From contig OX597823.1 of the NCBI GenBank assembly GCA_951406725.2, forward strand, positions 102,300,001 to 102,364,000: 64,000 bases of DNA, given 5' to 3'. Shown here in pieces: positions 40,340 to 52,612 of this stretch. The notes beneath the pieces were generated by a model, which searched no databases, was not told the origin of the DNA, and worked only from the letters and a program-made list of their open reading frames with translations. Source of the stretch: Octopus vulgaris (lineage: Eukaryota). Numbering within the stretch: position 1 is the first letter of the stretch; the number at the start of each line of letters is the position of its first letter. The translations under genes were made by a program, and so were the position numbers.

Positions 40340-40630
40340 AAATCGTGGCCATTGCCAGCCTCACCTGGCCCCCGTGCCGGTGGCACGTAAAAAGCACCAT
40401 CTGACCATGGCCGTTTGCCAGCCCCGTCTGGCACCTGTGCCGGTGACACGTAAAAAGCACCCACTACACTCATGGAGTGGTTGGCATTAGGAAGGGCATC
40501 CAGCCGTAGAAACATTGCCAGATCAGACTGGGCCTGATGCAGCCTTCTGGCTTCCCAGATCCCCGGTTGAACCGTCCAACCCATGCTAGCATGAAAAGCG
40601 GACGCTAAATGATGATGATGATGATGATGA
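40340..40630 (+). mobile_element. Family D SINE (Nin-domain-like) with (TGA)n tail
   Basis: gcacgtaaaaagcacc repeats, ttaggaagggcatccagc core, gatgatgat tail. Copies at 51180, 52805, 59955 and 62020. Confidence 0.75.
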
Positions 40631-42283
40631 AGCCGTTGCACAAAATTAACTTCTATTTGAATAAAATAAATAATCTGCTGTTTCTTTTTATTTGTCTTTT
40701 TGCACTTGTGCCATTTGGTGAAAGAAAGCTGTTGAGCAGCACAAAATATTGAGGACAACTGCTGCTAGCTGAAAGCACATGCATGAGCACACAGAGCACA
40801 TGCTAGCCAGAACACACAGGTATTGTGTGTGTGTGTACAAAAGGTTAGTTACCTAAAAATCAAGAAGTAATTTATAATTGTATTTATACATCTAGTGAAG
40901 TACATACTTTTGTTATGGGAAAACAAATTTACATAAAATAGTATTGTAGCCCCCCCCCCCACACACACACACACCTAATTTAGAAGGAATATTATCCTAC
41001 AGGTGTCTTTTTGTTTAGTTTTTTTTATGTGTGCTGCTTTGGATTGTCTAGGTTTTAGTATCATTCAGAAAGGACTTAATCATCTTACTTTTCTTCTCCC
41101 ATTTCTCTGGCAGGTCAGGTCCGGTGGGGGGTGGGGGTGGATCAGCAAAAGGCAGAGATTTATCTGTTGTTCTCAATGTTATGAGAACATCATTTACATC
41201 CTTATAATTAATTACTTAGTGATATCACAGAATTCAGGTTAGTTTATTGGTTGCCTGTCACTATAGTTTATCTTACTGGCTCAGTCATTTTCCAGATCAT
41301 CCAAGCTTTAGAGTAGTGATTCCCAAATGGTATATTCTGATGTAATAGTGTTCTGTGAATCCATTTCTGTCCGCACTGCAATTTTCTTGTGTCTGAGGAG
41401 AGTCATTCTCTTTTAGTGCCTTATAATTTGACACACTCACTGGTAAAATTGCAACCTTTGCAACATTTTCAATGGTTGTTGACTCTCGAGAGTGAACAAC
41501 CATTGAAAAGGTTGTGAAGGTTGCAATGAAAACTTTAGAAAAATAAGTGAGTGGAAATGGGTGTGTTAAATTATAAGGTACTAAAAGAGAATGACTCTCC
41601 CCAGACACAGCAGAATATGCTTCAACACACAAACTCGCATAAAGAATCTTGCAAACCAAATCCAAAAATGAAATACAATTTTCTTGTTTTTTATTTGTAA
41701 CAAAAACCATTTTAAAAATCATTGTGTTACTTTTTCTCTTTCATTGAGAGCTAGCAGAATTGGTGAAGTGTTAAACTTATTGTATTAGGATATTAAGAGA
41801 AATCGCACTATATTCTACATTCAACTGTGAACAAGGCAGACTTTTGCCTTTCATCTTTCTGGAGTTGAAGCACCAATCAAATAATGGAATCAACTTAATT
41901 AACTTATACCCCACCTCTCCAATTTTCAGCCTTGTTTCTATGTTGTCATGATGAAGCTGATGAATTGGAGTGATGGATGGTTAGTGAAGGTGAACTCAGC
42001 TGCATGCTGTTCCCCCAAAATAACCAGAGCCGTTTCTCTGTCACTGAAAAATCCCCATTGTTAGTAACTTCTTTAAATGTCTGGGTTACCAGTGTGGAAA
42101 ATTGTTGGTTTGGCTGTTCTTTCTCTTTCAGGTCACTTTCTAGTGTCGGTACTGTGCTGGCAGAATGCCATGGGTCACCAGGATGGCTTTTCTTGTCCAA
42201 AGTGTGCCTCTCATTTGTTTTTGACTAAGAATTGTTTGGCTGCTTATTTGTGCAGTAAGAGGTGAGGATATTGTGTTCATGGT

Positions 42284-42505
42284 AAAGGCAGTGAGCTGGC
42301 AGAAACGTTAGCGTGCCAGGCGAAATGCTGAGTATTTTGCCCATCTGAGTTCAAATTCTGCCGAGGTCAACTTTACCTTTCGTCCTTTCGGGGTTGATAA
42401 ATTAAGCACCAGTTATGCATTGGGGTCGATGTAATCGACTTAATCCGTTTGTCTGTCCTTGTTTGTCCCCTCTGTGTTTAGCCCCTTGTGGGTAGTAAAG
42501 AAATA
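42284..42505 (+). mobile_element. Family A SINE with 17-bp TSD
   Basis: TSD gatattgtgttcatggt at 42267-42283 and 42506-42522. Confidence 0.9.
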
Positions 42506-43571
42506 GATATTGTGTTCATGGTGCTTGCTTGGAGAAGTGCAATGATGTAATTCGTTCAAGCAGAGATCATACAAGGACCAAGAATTCTGAGTACCTCTGT
42601 TTTCTCTGGAACTTTCTTTAACCGTTGCTGCACACAGCCATGTGCTGCATGCATTGTGTCCTTTGTCACCTCTGCACTGATTCTGGTGCACTTTTGCTTT
42701 TGTATCACTATTATGCAGTAATCTGATAGAACATGATGGAATATTCTGTGATGTTCTGTGATATTCCAGAAAGCTGATTTGATAGAATTCAGGGCATGTC
42801 ACCTGATCTAAGTGTAGTCTGATCCCAGTTACTAAAGGCAGGAGCTTTAGATTCTGGCCTTCGCTACATTATAAATGCTGGTGGATTGGTAGGATTGTTT
42901 GAAAATCAGTGTTTCAGCTTGGTTGTAATCCAGTGACTGAAACCAGTAATGGTATCAATATGATTGGCTAAAATTCTTCAAAGTGGTGCCTCAGCATGGG
43001 CATAGTCCAATGATTGAAGCCAGCACTGGTGTCAATATAACTGGTTAAAAATCTTGAAAGTGATAGTCAAGTACTGTGGTTTATATAATTGACCACACTA
43101 CACCCAAATTTGACGCCTTATGCCTATGTTACAAACTCTACTATATTCAGGACTAGTTCGATATTCATCCATTTTTACATTGTTAGGGTAAACTTTGAAA
43201 GACATATGGCTGCTAATTCTAGCAGGTTGATCAACCACAAAGAGGCTCCTTTGATGGTTTGATTATGTTTTTTTTTCTTAGATTTCCACTGCCAATATCA
43301 CCGTCACCATCATCATTTTAATCGAACTTCTCAGATTGCTCTTTTAACTACAGCCTTCCTCACTAATAACTATTAATAATATTTAGATAAGCATTTGTGA
43401 CCTAGTTTTTAGAATTGCTTCGCTGTTGTCACTCACAGATACTGACATAACCAGTTTGTCCAGCTTGTGGGTGAACGTGCTTACACACACACTATTTATA
43501 ACATTTGCAGTTTTTGCAGTCACATGTATCAACAAAAAAATATATATAAGTATACACACACACACATGTAT

Positions 43572-43888
<317 letters not shown>

Positions 43889-44063
43889 GTTTAAATATTT
43901 GTTGTGCAAGATTTTTTATGTGAAGTCGTGTGTTGAAACAGATATTGTTATATTTCGGAATGGTCATATTGCCAGTTTAGCCAATAAAAACACACGCACT
44001 ATATATTTGGTGTTATTTTGCTTCAGTGATATTTATTTTTTACATTAATCTTAATCTTATTTC

Positions 44064-44108
44064 GGCCAAAGTTCTTTCGTCACACTCCTGTGACCGCATC
44101 AGTGGTCC
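44064..44108 (-). ncRNA. Variant minimal hammerhead motif in the PLE 3' pLTR
   Basis: GGACCA-CTGATGCG-GTCACA-GGAG-TGTGAC-GAAA-GAAC-T-T-TGGCC on the element sense strand. Confidence 0.6.
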
Positions 44109-44590
44109 TTTGTTTTCTTCTCACTTACTTGTGTCTCTCCTTACTAACCGTCAGCCATTTTGTATTTCTATTGTATGTCTTCATTTGCGCATGCTTATAT
44201 CTCTATGTGCATCTATGTTTATTTAGTGTGTGTGTGGGGGGGATGCCTGTAATATTTGTATCTTCTGGTTATATACATTCTTGTAATTTGTATTTTGTTT
44301 TTGTTGTTGTTGCTTTTGTTCTAATTTTGTTCATGTGTTTACATCCACCCATTATTATCATTACATATGCTTGTATGTATGTATAACAACAATATTAGTA
44401 ATAATAATAATAAATCTAATCGAAAAAAAAAAAAAAAAAGAATATACATATACATATATATATATATACATACATATACATATACATATACATATATATA
44501 CACATATACACACATATATACACATATAGATATTCATTTCTATTTCTTTAATTACCTGTGTATTTATTATGTTTGCAGGATCCACTATTG

Positions 44591-46531
44591 TCATATGTTG
44601 TGGTGTGCGCTATTGCTCCATTCTAGTTTTCTATTCAGGCTAGGTTTATTTTCTATTATATGTGTAGCTTCTGTAATTTGTCTAATTGTTGCATCTGTTC
44701 TATGTGTGGACAATATCTTAATCTCTATGTTATTGATTGATCCCCCGTGTTCTTGTTCGGCGTGTTGGTACAGAATCGATGAGCTTTTACCTTCCTTGAG
44801 TTGTCTCCAATGTTCATTCACCCGCTCACCAATGCTTCTTGCAGTTTCCCCTACGTATGTTACTGTCTTGTTACTGCATCGTCCCTCTATACATCTTATA
44901 CTATAGACCACATTTCTGGCTTTACAGTTCGTTTGTGGGCTAAATCTACATACAGTGCAATAGTTATCCGTACAGAGAGTTCTACTAAAAGGATAGCTTC
45001 TACCAATTATAGATCTGATAGGATTGCCTGGCTTTTCAACAACCTTAATTCTTAGTTTAAGTTTATCTAGAGTCCTTCTAAAGCGGTACGCTAGTTCACC
45101 TCCAGGGGTGGTGTCAACGAACATGACACTCTGGTATTTATGGCTATCATACCAAGAGTTGGCCTTCCCTATTTTCTTTTTTGTCCTTTCTATAGTGTTC
45201 CATGACTTGTTCCTATAGAGTGGGCAAATCCCATTCCTATCATTACATAATATATTATCAAATTTCTTCATGGCTCCTTTGTATACTCTGATCCTTTCTT
45301 TATGGCTGTAACCTGAGAACTGCATGCGGTGAATGAAATACTGTATGTGTCTCTTTAATTCTGTAGGCTCGCACATGCGTGACACATTTCTCATTATTCT
45401 GACGAGGTCTGCCATCAAAATATTGAATTTGGCATTGCCCGCAATGGCTGAGTTCCGGTGGATCAGGTATTTTGAGGCCATAGGTTTTGCATAGTATGAA
45501 TGAAGGATTTGGGTTTTATTTTTCACAATTTCTAGCCAGAGTTCAGTGTCTAGTACTGGTAGTCTATGGTTGGGGTGTTTAGTGGGGTAGTCTATTGTGA
45601 CCTTAATACTCTGGTGGATGGAGTTAGCTATTTGCTGGATGCTCTCCATAGTATTAGTTTCTATTACTATATCAACAGTACTCTCTTGTGGGGGTGCCTT
45701 TACTACTATATTGATATCATCAACATAGCGAGAGTACATGTTTACGAGTATGGATTTCTGCAGTAGGCATTCTTTAAGCCTTCTGTCCCACCATACCATG
45801 AAGAGGTTGGCCACATCACCAGCGATACTAACACCGATGGCTGCCCCCTCGTCCTGGGCATATATTTTATTATTAAATTTAAATGTGTGGCCTTTTAGGG
45901 TAACTCTTATACTAGCTCCTAGTGCATGTGCGATTATTTTCTTTACCTGATGGACATTTGCGGGGCTCCGTATGGCTCTGGTCCATCCGCGCCATCTTTC
46001 TATATGTGTCTTCCTAGCCATAGAAGTAATTGTAGGCGGTCTACCTCTTAAACATCTACTGGGGCAGAAACTACTAAGATTATGTTTATCTAAGTATTCA
46101 CTATTATATGTCAGTCTAAGTAGGAGGCCCAGTTCTTCTGTGTCGACATTACAGAACTCCACCTGGCTCTCGTTGATCATCTCCACGCACTTCTCCACTG
46201 CAAAATCTACGTCAATCGATGGGTATAGGGATACCACATCCATGCTACCTACTATACATCCTGTCAAGTCACAAGTTTTGTTACAGTCACTGATCCTGCT
46301 TAGGAGATCTTCTGTGCTGTCACACACATCAGGTGACATCCTGATTATAGGGCGTATGATCATTGAGAGGAAGTAGGAGATTCTGTAATTGCTAGCGATA
46401 TTCGCTCCACAGACTGGTCTTGTTGGTGGTCCTGCTATAGGGTCAGTAAAACCTTTATGGTCCTTGCGAAGTCCATACAGTGCCGGGATATCATTGTTCC
46501 AGGCTTGGAAATTCTTTGCAGTACGTTTCTG
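44591..46531 (-). CDS. PLE polyprotein (RT + Cys-rich linker + GIY-YIG endonuclease), N-terminally truncated, no internal stops
   Basis: Frame is open from the inversion junction. Motifs: LYGLRKDHK...PPTRPVCG, SMDVVSLYPSI, QDEGAAIG, RYVDD, LPVLD, CTDNYCTVC...C, NVVYSIRC...YVGET.R...R..EH, HAEQEH, E...I...PSLN. Confidence 0.93.
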   Translation of the reverse strand, partial: QKRTAKNFQAWNNDIPALYGLRKDHKGFTDPIAGPPTRPVCGANIASNYRISYFLSMIIRPIIRMSPDVCDSTEDLLSRISDCNKTCDLTGCIVGSMDVVSLYPSIDVDFAVEKCVEMINESQVEFCNVDTEELGLLLRLTYNSEYLDKHNLSSFCPSRCLRGRPPTITSMARKTHIERWRGWTRAIRSPANVHQVKKIIAHALGASIRVTLKGHTFKFNNKIYAQDEGAAIGVSIAGDVANLFMVWWDRRLKECLLQKSILVNMYSRYVDDINIVVKAPPQESTVDIVIETNTMESIQQIANSIHQSIKVTIDYPTKHPNHRLPVLDTELWLEIVKNKTQILHSYYAKPMASKYLIHRNSAIAGNAKFNILMADLVRIMRNVSRMCEPTELKRHIQYFIHRMQFSGYSHKERIRVYKGAMKKFDNILCNDRNGICPLYRNKSWNTIERTKKKIGKANSWYDSHKYQSVMFVDTTPGGELAYRFRRTLDKLKLRIKVVEKPGNPIRSIIGRSYPFSRTLCTDNYCTVCRFSPQTNCKARNVVYSIRCIEGRCSNKTVTYVGETARSIGERVNEHWRQLKEGKSSSILYQHAEQEHGGSINNIEIKILSTHRTDATIRQITEATHIIENKPSLNRKLEWSNSAHHNI

Positions 46532-46851
46532 ATTTTTCGATTAGATTTATTATTATTATTACTAATATTGTTGTTATACATACATACAAGCATATGTAAT
46601 GATAATAATGGGTGGATGTAAACACATGAACAAAATTAGAACAAAAGCAACAACAACAAAAACAAAATACAAATTACAAGAATGTATATAACCAGAAGAT
46701 ACAAATATTACAGGCATCCCCCCCACACACACACTAAATAAACATAGACGCACATATAGATATAAGCATGCGCAAATGAAGACATACAATAGAAATACAA
46801 AATGGCTGACGGTTAGTAAGGAGAGACACAAGTAAGTGAGAAGAAAACAAA

Positions 46852-46896
46852 GGACCACTGATGCAGTCACAGGAGTGTGATGAAAGAACTTTGGCC
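46852..46896 (+). ncRNA. Variant hammerhead motif in the inverted pLTR copy
   Basis: ggaccactgatgcagtcacaggagtgtgatgaaagaactttggcc; two transitions versus the 44064 copy. Confidence 0.5.
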
Positions 46897-47014
46897 GAAA
46901 TAAGATTAAGATTAATGTAAAAAATAAATATCACTGAAGCAAAATAACACCAAATATATAGTGCGTGTGTTTTTATTGGCTAAACTGGCAATATGACCAT
47001 TCCGAAATATAACA

Positions 47015-47085
<71 letters not shown>

Positions 47086-47095
47086 TATATATATG

Positions 47096-47163
<68 letters not shown>

Positions 47164-47172
47164 AATAAATAA

Positions 47173-47245
<73 letters not shown>

Positions 47246-47248
<3 letters not shown>

Positions 47249-47445
47249 CGCCATGATAGGTCGTTAGCTCCTACACGCATTTTTTTTCTCTCCTTGTTTT
47301 TTTTCTGTGTATCTTTCTGTTGAGGAGCGTAGGCTCGAAACGTAAAAGACTTGTTCTATTTCTATTCCTGAGCACCATACTAATACATTTGTTTGTTTGT
47401 ACTCCACCTGCCTTCGTCTTTTGTTTATTTTTGTAACCTTCCCGT
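47246..47445 (+). mobile_element. ~200-bp non-autonomous HHR-bearing element, same family as 19843
   Basis: Motif TCTTT-CTGTTGAG-GAGC-GTAG-GCTC-GAAA-CG-TA-AAAGA at 47312-47349; (TA)n on both sides. Confidence 0.7.
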
Positions 47446-47457
47446 TATATATATATG

Positions 47458-47506
<49 letters not shown>

Positions 47507-47517
47507 CATACACACAC

Positions 47518-47548
<31 letters not shown>

Positions 47549-47580
47549 TACATACATACATACATACATACATACATACA

Positions 47581-47616
<36 letters not shown>

Positions 47617-48029
47617 CATACATACATAGAGACATAGATACATATGCATATATATATATAGAGGTATGTTAAAAACAGTTTAGTTTAGCTATGTATGACT
47701 TAAAGCACCGTGGGTGTGTAGGACAAATCCATTTCATCAAATATCGATGAGACAGGCTCATCCTATGCACCCATGAGATTTAAAGTGATATGGAGCTGAG
47801 TCAAACCGTTATTAAAAAAATATATCTAGCTCCCACCAGATACGTTCTACACTACTTGCTTTCATTTGTGTATGTGTGTGTACGTATGAGTGTGTGTGTG
47901 TGTGTGTGTACGTATACACATACACATTATGTATATACATACATATATACATATTTATATCTCTTACTCTTTTACTCATTTCAGCCATGCGGCTGTGGTC
48001 ATGCTGGAGCACCACCATGGTCTTTCTGA

Positions 48030-48512
48030 CTTCCTCAATCTGGGTGTTCCACAGCCCTTGTCTGTACCTCATGTCGGGCTGTTGGTTCATCCAGCATTGT
48101 GGAGAGGAGGATACATAATTCCTTTTTGAAGACATCTACATCCACCTTATGCAAATTTCTTAATTTTTGTGGCAGGGCATTGAAAAGCTGTGGGCCTTTG
48201 AACCCTAGACTATTGCAAAACCTTGTCCTGAATTTAGTTGTAGTGGACGGTACCTTTGCAATGGCAGTTCTGGCATTTGTATAACACTCAATCCCAAAGT
48301 TAGGTACTAGCCCTTCTAGGATTTTCCATATGTATATTATTGCATATCTTCGCTCCAGGGAGTAGAGCTGGAGTTTTCTCAGCCCATCCCCGTAGCTCAT
48401 CCACTACACTGTTTCAGTCTTTTTAGTGTAGTGGCATTGGACTGCTTCAAGTTCTGCTGTTAGTTTGGCACTATGTGGTTACCATAACTGGGAACAGTAC
48501 TCCAGGCGGCCG
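48030..48512 (-). mobile_element. CR1/L2-group LINE 3' ORF2 fragment
   Basis: RLEYCSQLW..HSAKLTAELEAVQ, SY...LRKLQLYSLERR..IIYIWKIL, GPQLFNALPQKLRN. Confidence 0.8.
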
Positions 48513-48799
48513 AGATCAATTGTGGTTCTTAGTCAAAAAACAAAGACCACTCAACTATATGAAAATTGTGAGGGCTTAAAATACAATTTAATAACAGTAA
48601 TACTAACAAAGAACTGAACTCCACACTCTTCAGGTGGCCACTTTATGGATTTAAATTGAACATCAACCATTTTTGGCATTGTTTCACCTATATCCTTAAC
48701 ATTTCCCATCCGATTAGTGTACAGCTCTACCTTGAAGGAATCACACCCAGCATCTGTTTGTTAGTATGATTAAACTATATTTTATATATATATATATAT

Positions 48800-48945
48800 T
48801 GCGGGTGTGTGGTAAGAAGCTTGCTTCCCAACCACATGGTTCCAGGTTCTGTCCCACTGTGTGGCACCTTGGGTAAGTGTCTTCTACTATATCTTTGGGC
48901 TAACCAAATCCTTGTGAGTGAATTTGGTAGACGGAAACTGAAAGA
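48800..48945 (+). mobile_element. Family B SINE head
   Basis: gtgtggtaagaagcttgcttcccaaccacatggttcc...gacggaaactgaaag. Confidence 0.8.
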
Positions 48946-50204
48946 AACTCTCTCTCTCTCTCTCCCTTTTTCTCTTTCATTTCTTACTGCACAAATAAGC
49001 AACCACTCAATTCTTAGTCAAAAACGAATGAGAAGCACACTTTGGACAAGAAAAGCCATCATGGTGACCCACGGCATTCTGCCAGCACAGGGAGAGAGAG
49101 ATTATCAGAAAAGATTCTATCTTCACCTTAAAGAAATCTTGTGTGTGTCTAATTTTTGTGTACCAAAAAGAAAAAAACAAAACAAAAATGAAACCTGACA
49201 ATGTTTCCTGTAATATTTGGAAGGAAAAGAATTTTATGTATTCAGAAAGAAATTATGGAAACAAGCATGGAGTGTTTTGTCACATAGTGAAAATATATGA
49301 CATACCTGTTTTTTTGTTAGGAACGGCTGCTTGACTGTCAATGTATGGTCTATATTTACATATCCATGTATATGTGCATGAGTACATTTATCTGTGTGTG
49401 TGAGTATGTATGTGAATATATGTCCGTGTGTGTGTGTGTAAGCATGTATGTGTATATATGTTTGCTTGTGTGTGTGTAAGCATGTATGTATATACATGTG
49501 TTTGCTTGTGTGTGTGTGTGTGCGTGTGTGTGTAATTCCAGGTGGTGACAAGTTCCAAAAGAAACTGTTTGGCCAAGTATATACATGTGTGTGTGTGTTG
49601 TATATTTATTTATGCGTATATGATTTTCTTTTGTTCTTTCATTTTTTTCTTGCCTTACATTATAAATTTGCTCTCCCTAAATTTTGTTTACAAGCCACAG
49701 GTGAAAGAGAACATTTCTGAGCTCAAATCCCACCTAGGTGAACTTTGCTTACTGTAGAAAAAAGCCTTTGTTATGATTAGATTGTTTTGGACATTGTTTT
49801 ATCAGTGAGTAGGAAACATGACTGCCAAAGTCCAAACTGGTTTTCCATTATAAAAGTTTTTGCCTGTTTTAGTAATAAAGTGCAGCACCGGTAATTGGGG
49901 TGGTGTAAGGCATCAGCGTAATTTCATTTCACATATACTTTTCCATGCTTGCATGGATCGGGTGGAATTTGTTGAGGTAGATCTTATGGCCAGATACCTT
50001 CTTCTCACTTGTTTCCAAGCAAGGTGATATTTTCCCCCATAGCTAGACAGGCTTTTCATGGAAGATTGGAAACAAACAACTTTATATGATGATGGTTATC
50101 AATTACATCCATCATGTGATGTCTAGAAAAGATACACACAAACTCATACTCGCACATACATTTACATATATGTGTATGTGTGTGTGGATATATATGTATG
50201 TATA

Positions 50205-50470
50205 TATGTATATCACCGTGATCACCGTGACTGACCAGACCATCAGATGTTGCTACACATCGCTGGTCACAATGCACTTCACATTGTTTTAGCCTTCGAA
50301 TGACGTCACCCCGCTGGCTAAGCGAGCAGGCCAACAGAAGAAAGAGTGGTGAAAGAGTACAGCAGGGATCACCACACCCTGCCGGAGCCTCATGAGGCTT
50401 TTTAAGTGTTTTCACTCAATAAACACACACAACGCCCGATCCTACGACCTCGAGTCCACTGCCCTAACCA
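50205..50470 (-). mobile_element. tRNA SINE (related to 36280)
   Basis: Reverse complement ggaggcgcaatggcccagtggttaggg. Confidence 0.7.
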
Positions 50471-50530
50471 CTGGGCCATTGCGCCTCCACATATATGTAT
50501 GTATATATATGTGTGTGTGTGTGTGTATAC

Positions 50531-50572
<42 letters not shown>

Positions 50573-50804
50573 AATGAAATCAAAAACAGAACACAAAGGA
50601 TGTCGCGGCACACGTGTTTCAAGCTTTATAAACAACCTATTCTTACATCATACATTATTCTTTCATTTGATACATATACCCTCTCACCTCTGCTACTTGC
50701 TGGCGTATACAGGTGCTTACACTTATCAAGTATTCACCCTAAATTTAATATATATATATACACATACACACACATACACACACACATACACACATATACA
50801 TTCA

Positions 50805-50962
50805 ATGAGTTTCTTTCTGTTTTGTCTACCAAATCCATTCAAAAGTATTGATTAACCCAGGGTTACAGTAGAAGATACTTGCCCAAGATGTCACACTGTG
50901 GGACTGAACCCAAGCTCATATGGGTGAGAAGCAAGTTTCTTAACCACACAGCCATGTCTGCA
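50805..50962 (-). mobile_element. Family B SINE head
   Basis: gaagatacttgcccaag...ccacacagccatg. Confidence 0.7.
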
Positions 50963-51179
50963 CTCTATAAGTAAAACAGGAATAATAAACCACAGCTTAA
51001 AATAAGTGTCTGCTAATTTTAAATAATTTTTTTCCTTTTCTTTTTTTGTAAATGATGAGGTGAGGGTCATTTGCAAAATACCGTCTGCTGAACGATGGAG
51101 CTGACCGTATAAAGCTTCTGAGCCAACCTTTCTAAAAGCCAAAAATATTGAGCATCAGTATAAAGAAGTTTATAAATAT

Positions 51180-51560
51180 ATAAGTGCTTGAGGAGACCTA
51201 TTGAGTCAAGTACACCAACATCAAAATAAATATCAAATGGAAATTGTTGTTGTGATACCTTTACCGGTGGCATGTAAAAAGCACTGTCCAAATGTGGCCA
51301 ATGCCAGCACTGCCTTGACTGGCTTCTGTGCCGGTAGCACGTAAAAAGCACCAGATACCAGATTGTGGCCATTGCCAGCCTCCCCTGGCACTTGTGCACC
51401 CACTACACTCACGGAGTGGTTGGTGTTAGGAAGGGCATCCAGCTGTAGAAACACTGCCAGATCAGACTGGAGCCCGGTGCAGCCTCCTAGCTTCCCAGAC
51501 CCCGGTCAAACCGTTCAACCCATGCTATCACGGAAAACGGACGTTAAACAATGATGATGA
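51180..51560 (+). mobile_element. Family D SINE
   Basis: Matches 40340 and 62020. Confidence 0.75.
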
Positions 51561-51942
51561 TATAAAATTTGTTCTGTTTGTGTTATTTTGTGTGATTCCC
51601 AGCTAGATTTATCTTTTATTTATTTTCTTTCTCTTTTCATATATCTTAGTTAGATAAAATAAGTACCAGACACTTTCTTCTTCTAGTAAAAGTTTTAGAT
51701 GTCAACATTTTCCACATTCGTATTTTTTTTTATTAAAAGTACATACACTACAATATATATATTAAAACATAACACTACAATAGAATTAATGTTCAGAAAG
51801 CTCTTTTCTCCAAGCTGCATTGGGTTAGGAGAAGAAGAAGGGGAAGAAAAAAAGAGAAGAAACAGAACTGTAATCAACAGGTTATTTTGTGCTTTCTGAA
51901 GATCAGTGAAAAAGAAACACACAGGAATCTTATTGATTTCTT

Positions 51943-52005
<63 letters not shown>

Positions 52006-52612
52006 TCTTCCCCTCTCTCTCATTCACTCGCTCAAGTTGTAAGGCAAAGTCCCCTATTCTGCAGGGGGTTTTTTTTAATTATTGAGCGTTTTTTGTTTTG
52101 TTTTGTTTTTTCTCCTTTTTGGCTTCAACTATTTGCTTTGGCAGAATTTGATTTAAAAGAAGTGAAATTCTGTGAGACAGAATTACGTAGTCAGTTGGTT
52201 AAAGAAGAGTTGAGTGAGAATGAAAGGAAGAGGTGAAATTCACAGAGACCAAAACATTGATTTGAGAAAGAGAGAGAGAGAGACAAAGAGATGGGAGAAA
52301 AAGAGACAGAAGTTCAGTGAACAGAGAGAAAGAGAGAGAGAGAGAAGGAAAGGAGACAAAGGTTCTGTGAAAAACAAGTGACAGAAGTGGAGAGAGAGGT
52401 TGCTTGATGCAAATATAGAAAGTTAGATAAAAAGGAGAAGAGAAATGAATAAAAGAGAAAGGTGTTGGATGAGAGAAAAAAACAGTGAGTGAGAGGAATG
52501 GAAATAGAGAGACAGAAATGGAGACACTGAGTGATGGTAAGAGGATGGATTGAGAGGAAGATTGAGAAGAGGAGTAGGGGTGGTGGTGCTTCAGAAATGA
52601 ATATCTCTATGG

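Larger units (their letters stand above)
43942..47018 (-). mobile_element. Penelope-like retroelement, 5'-truncated, with inverted pseudo-LTRs
   Basis: 43942-44427 is the reverse complement of 46533-47018. The arms enclose an RT-GIY-YIG ORF, and both ends lie next to (TA)n. Confidence 0.92.

Noticed and set aside
44591-46531. Naiad/selenoprotein-type PLE
   Set aside because: The endonuclease is C-terminal and the frame has no in-frame TGA.
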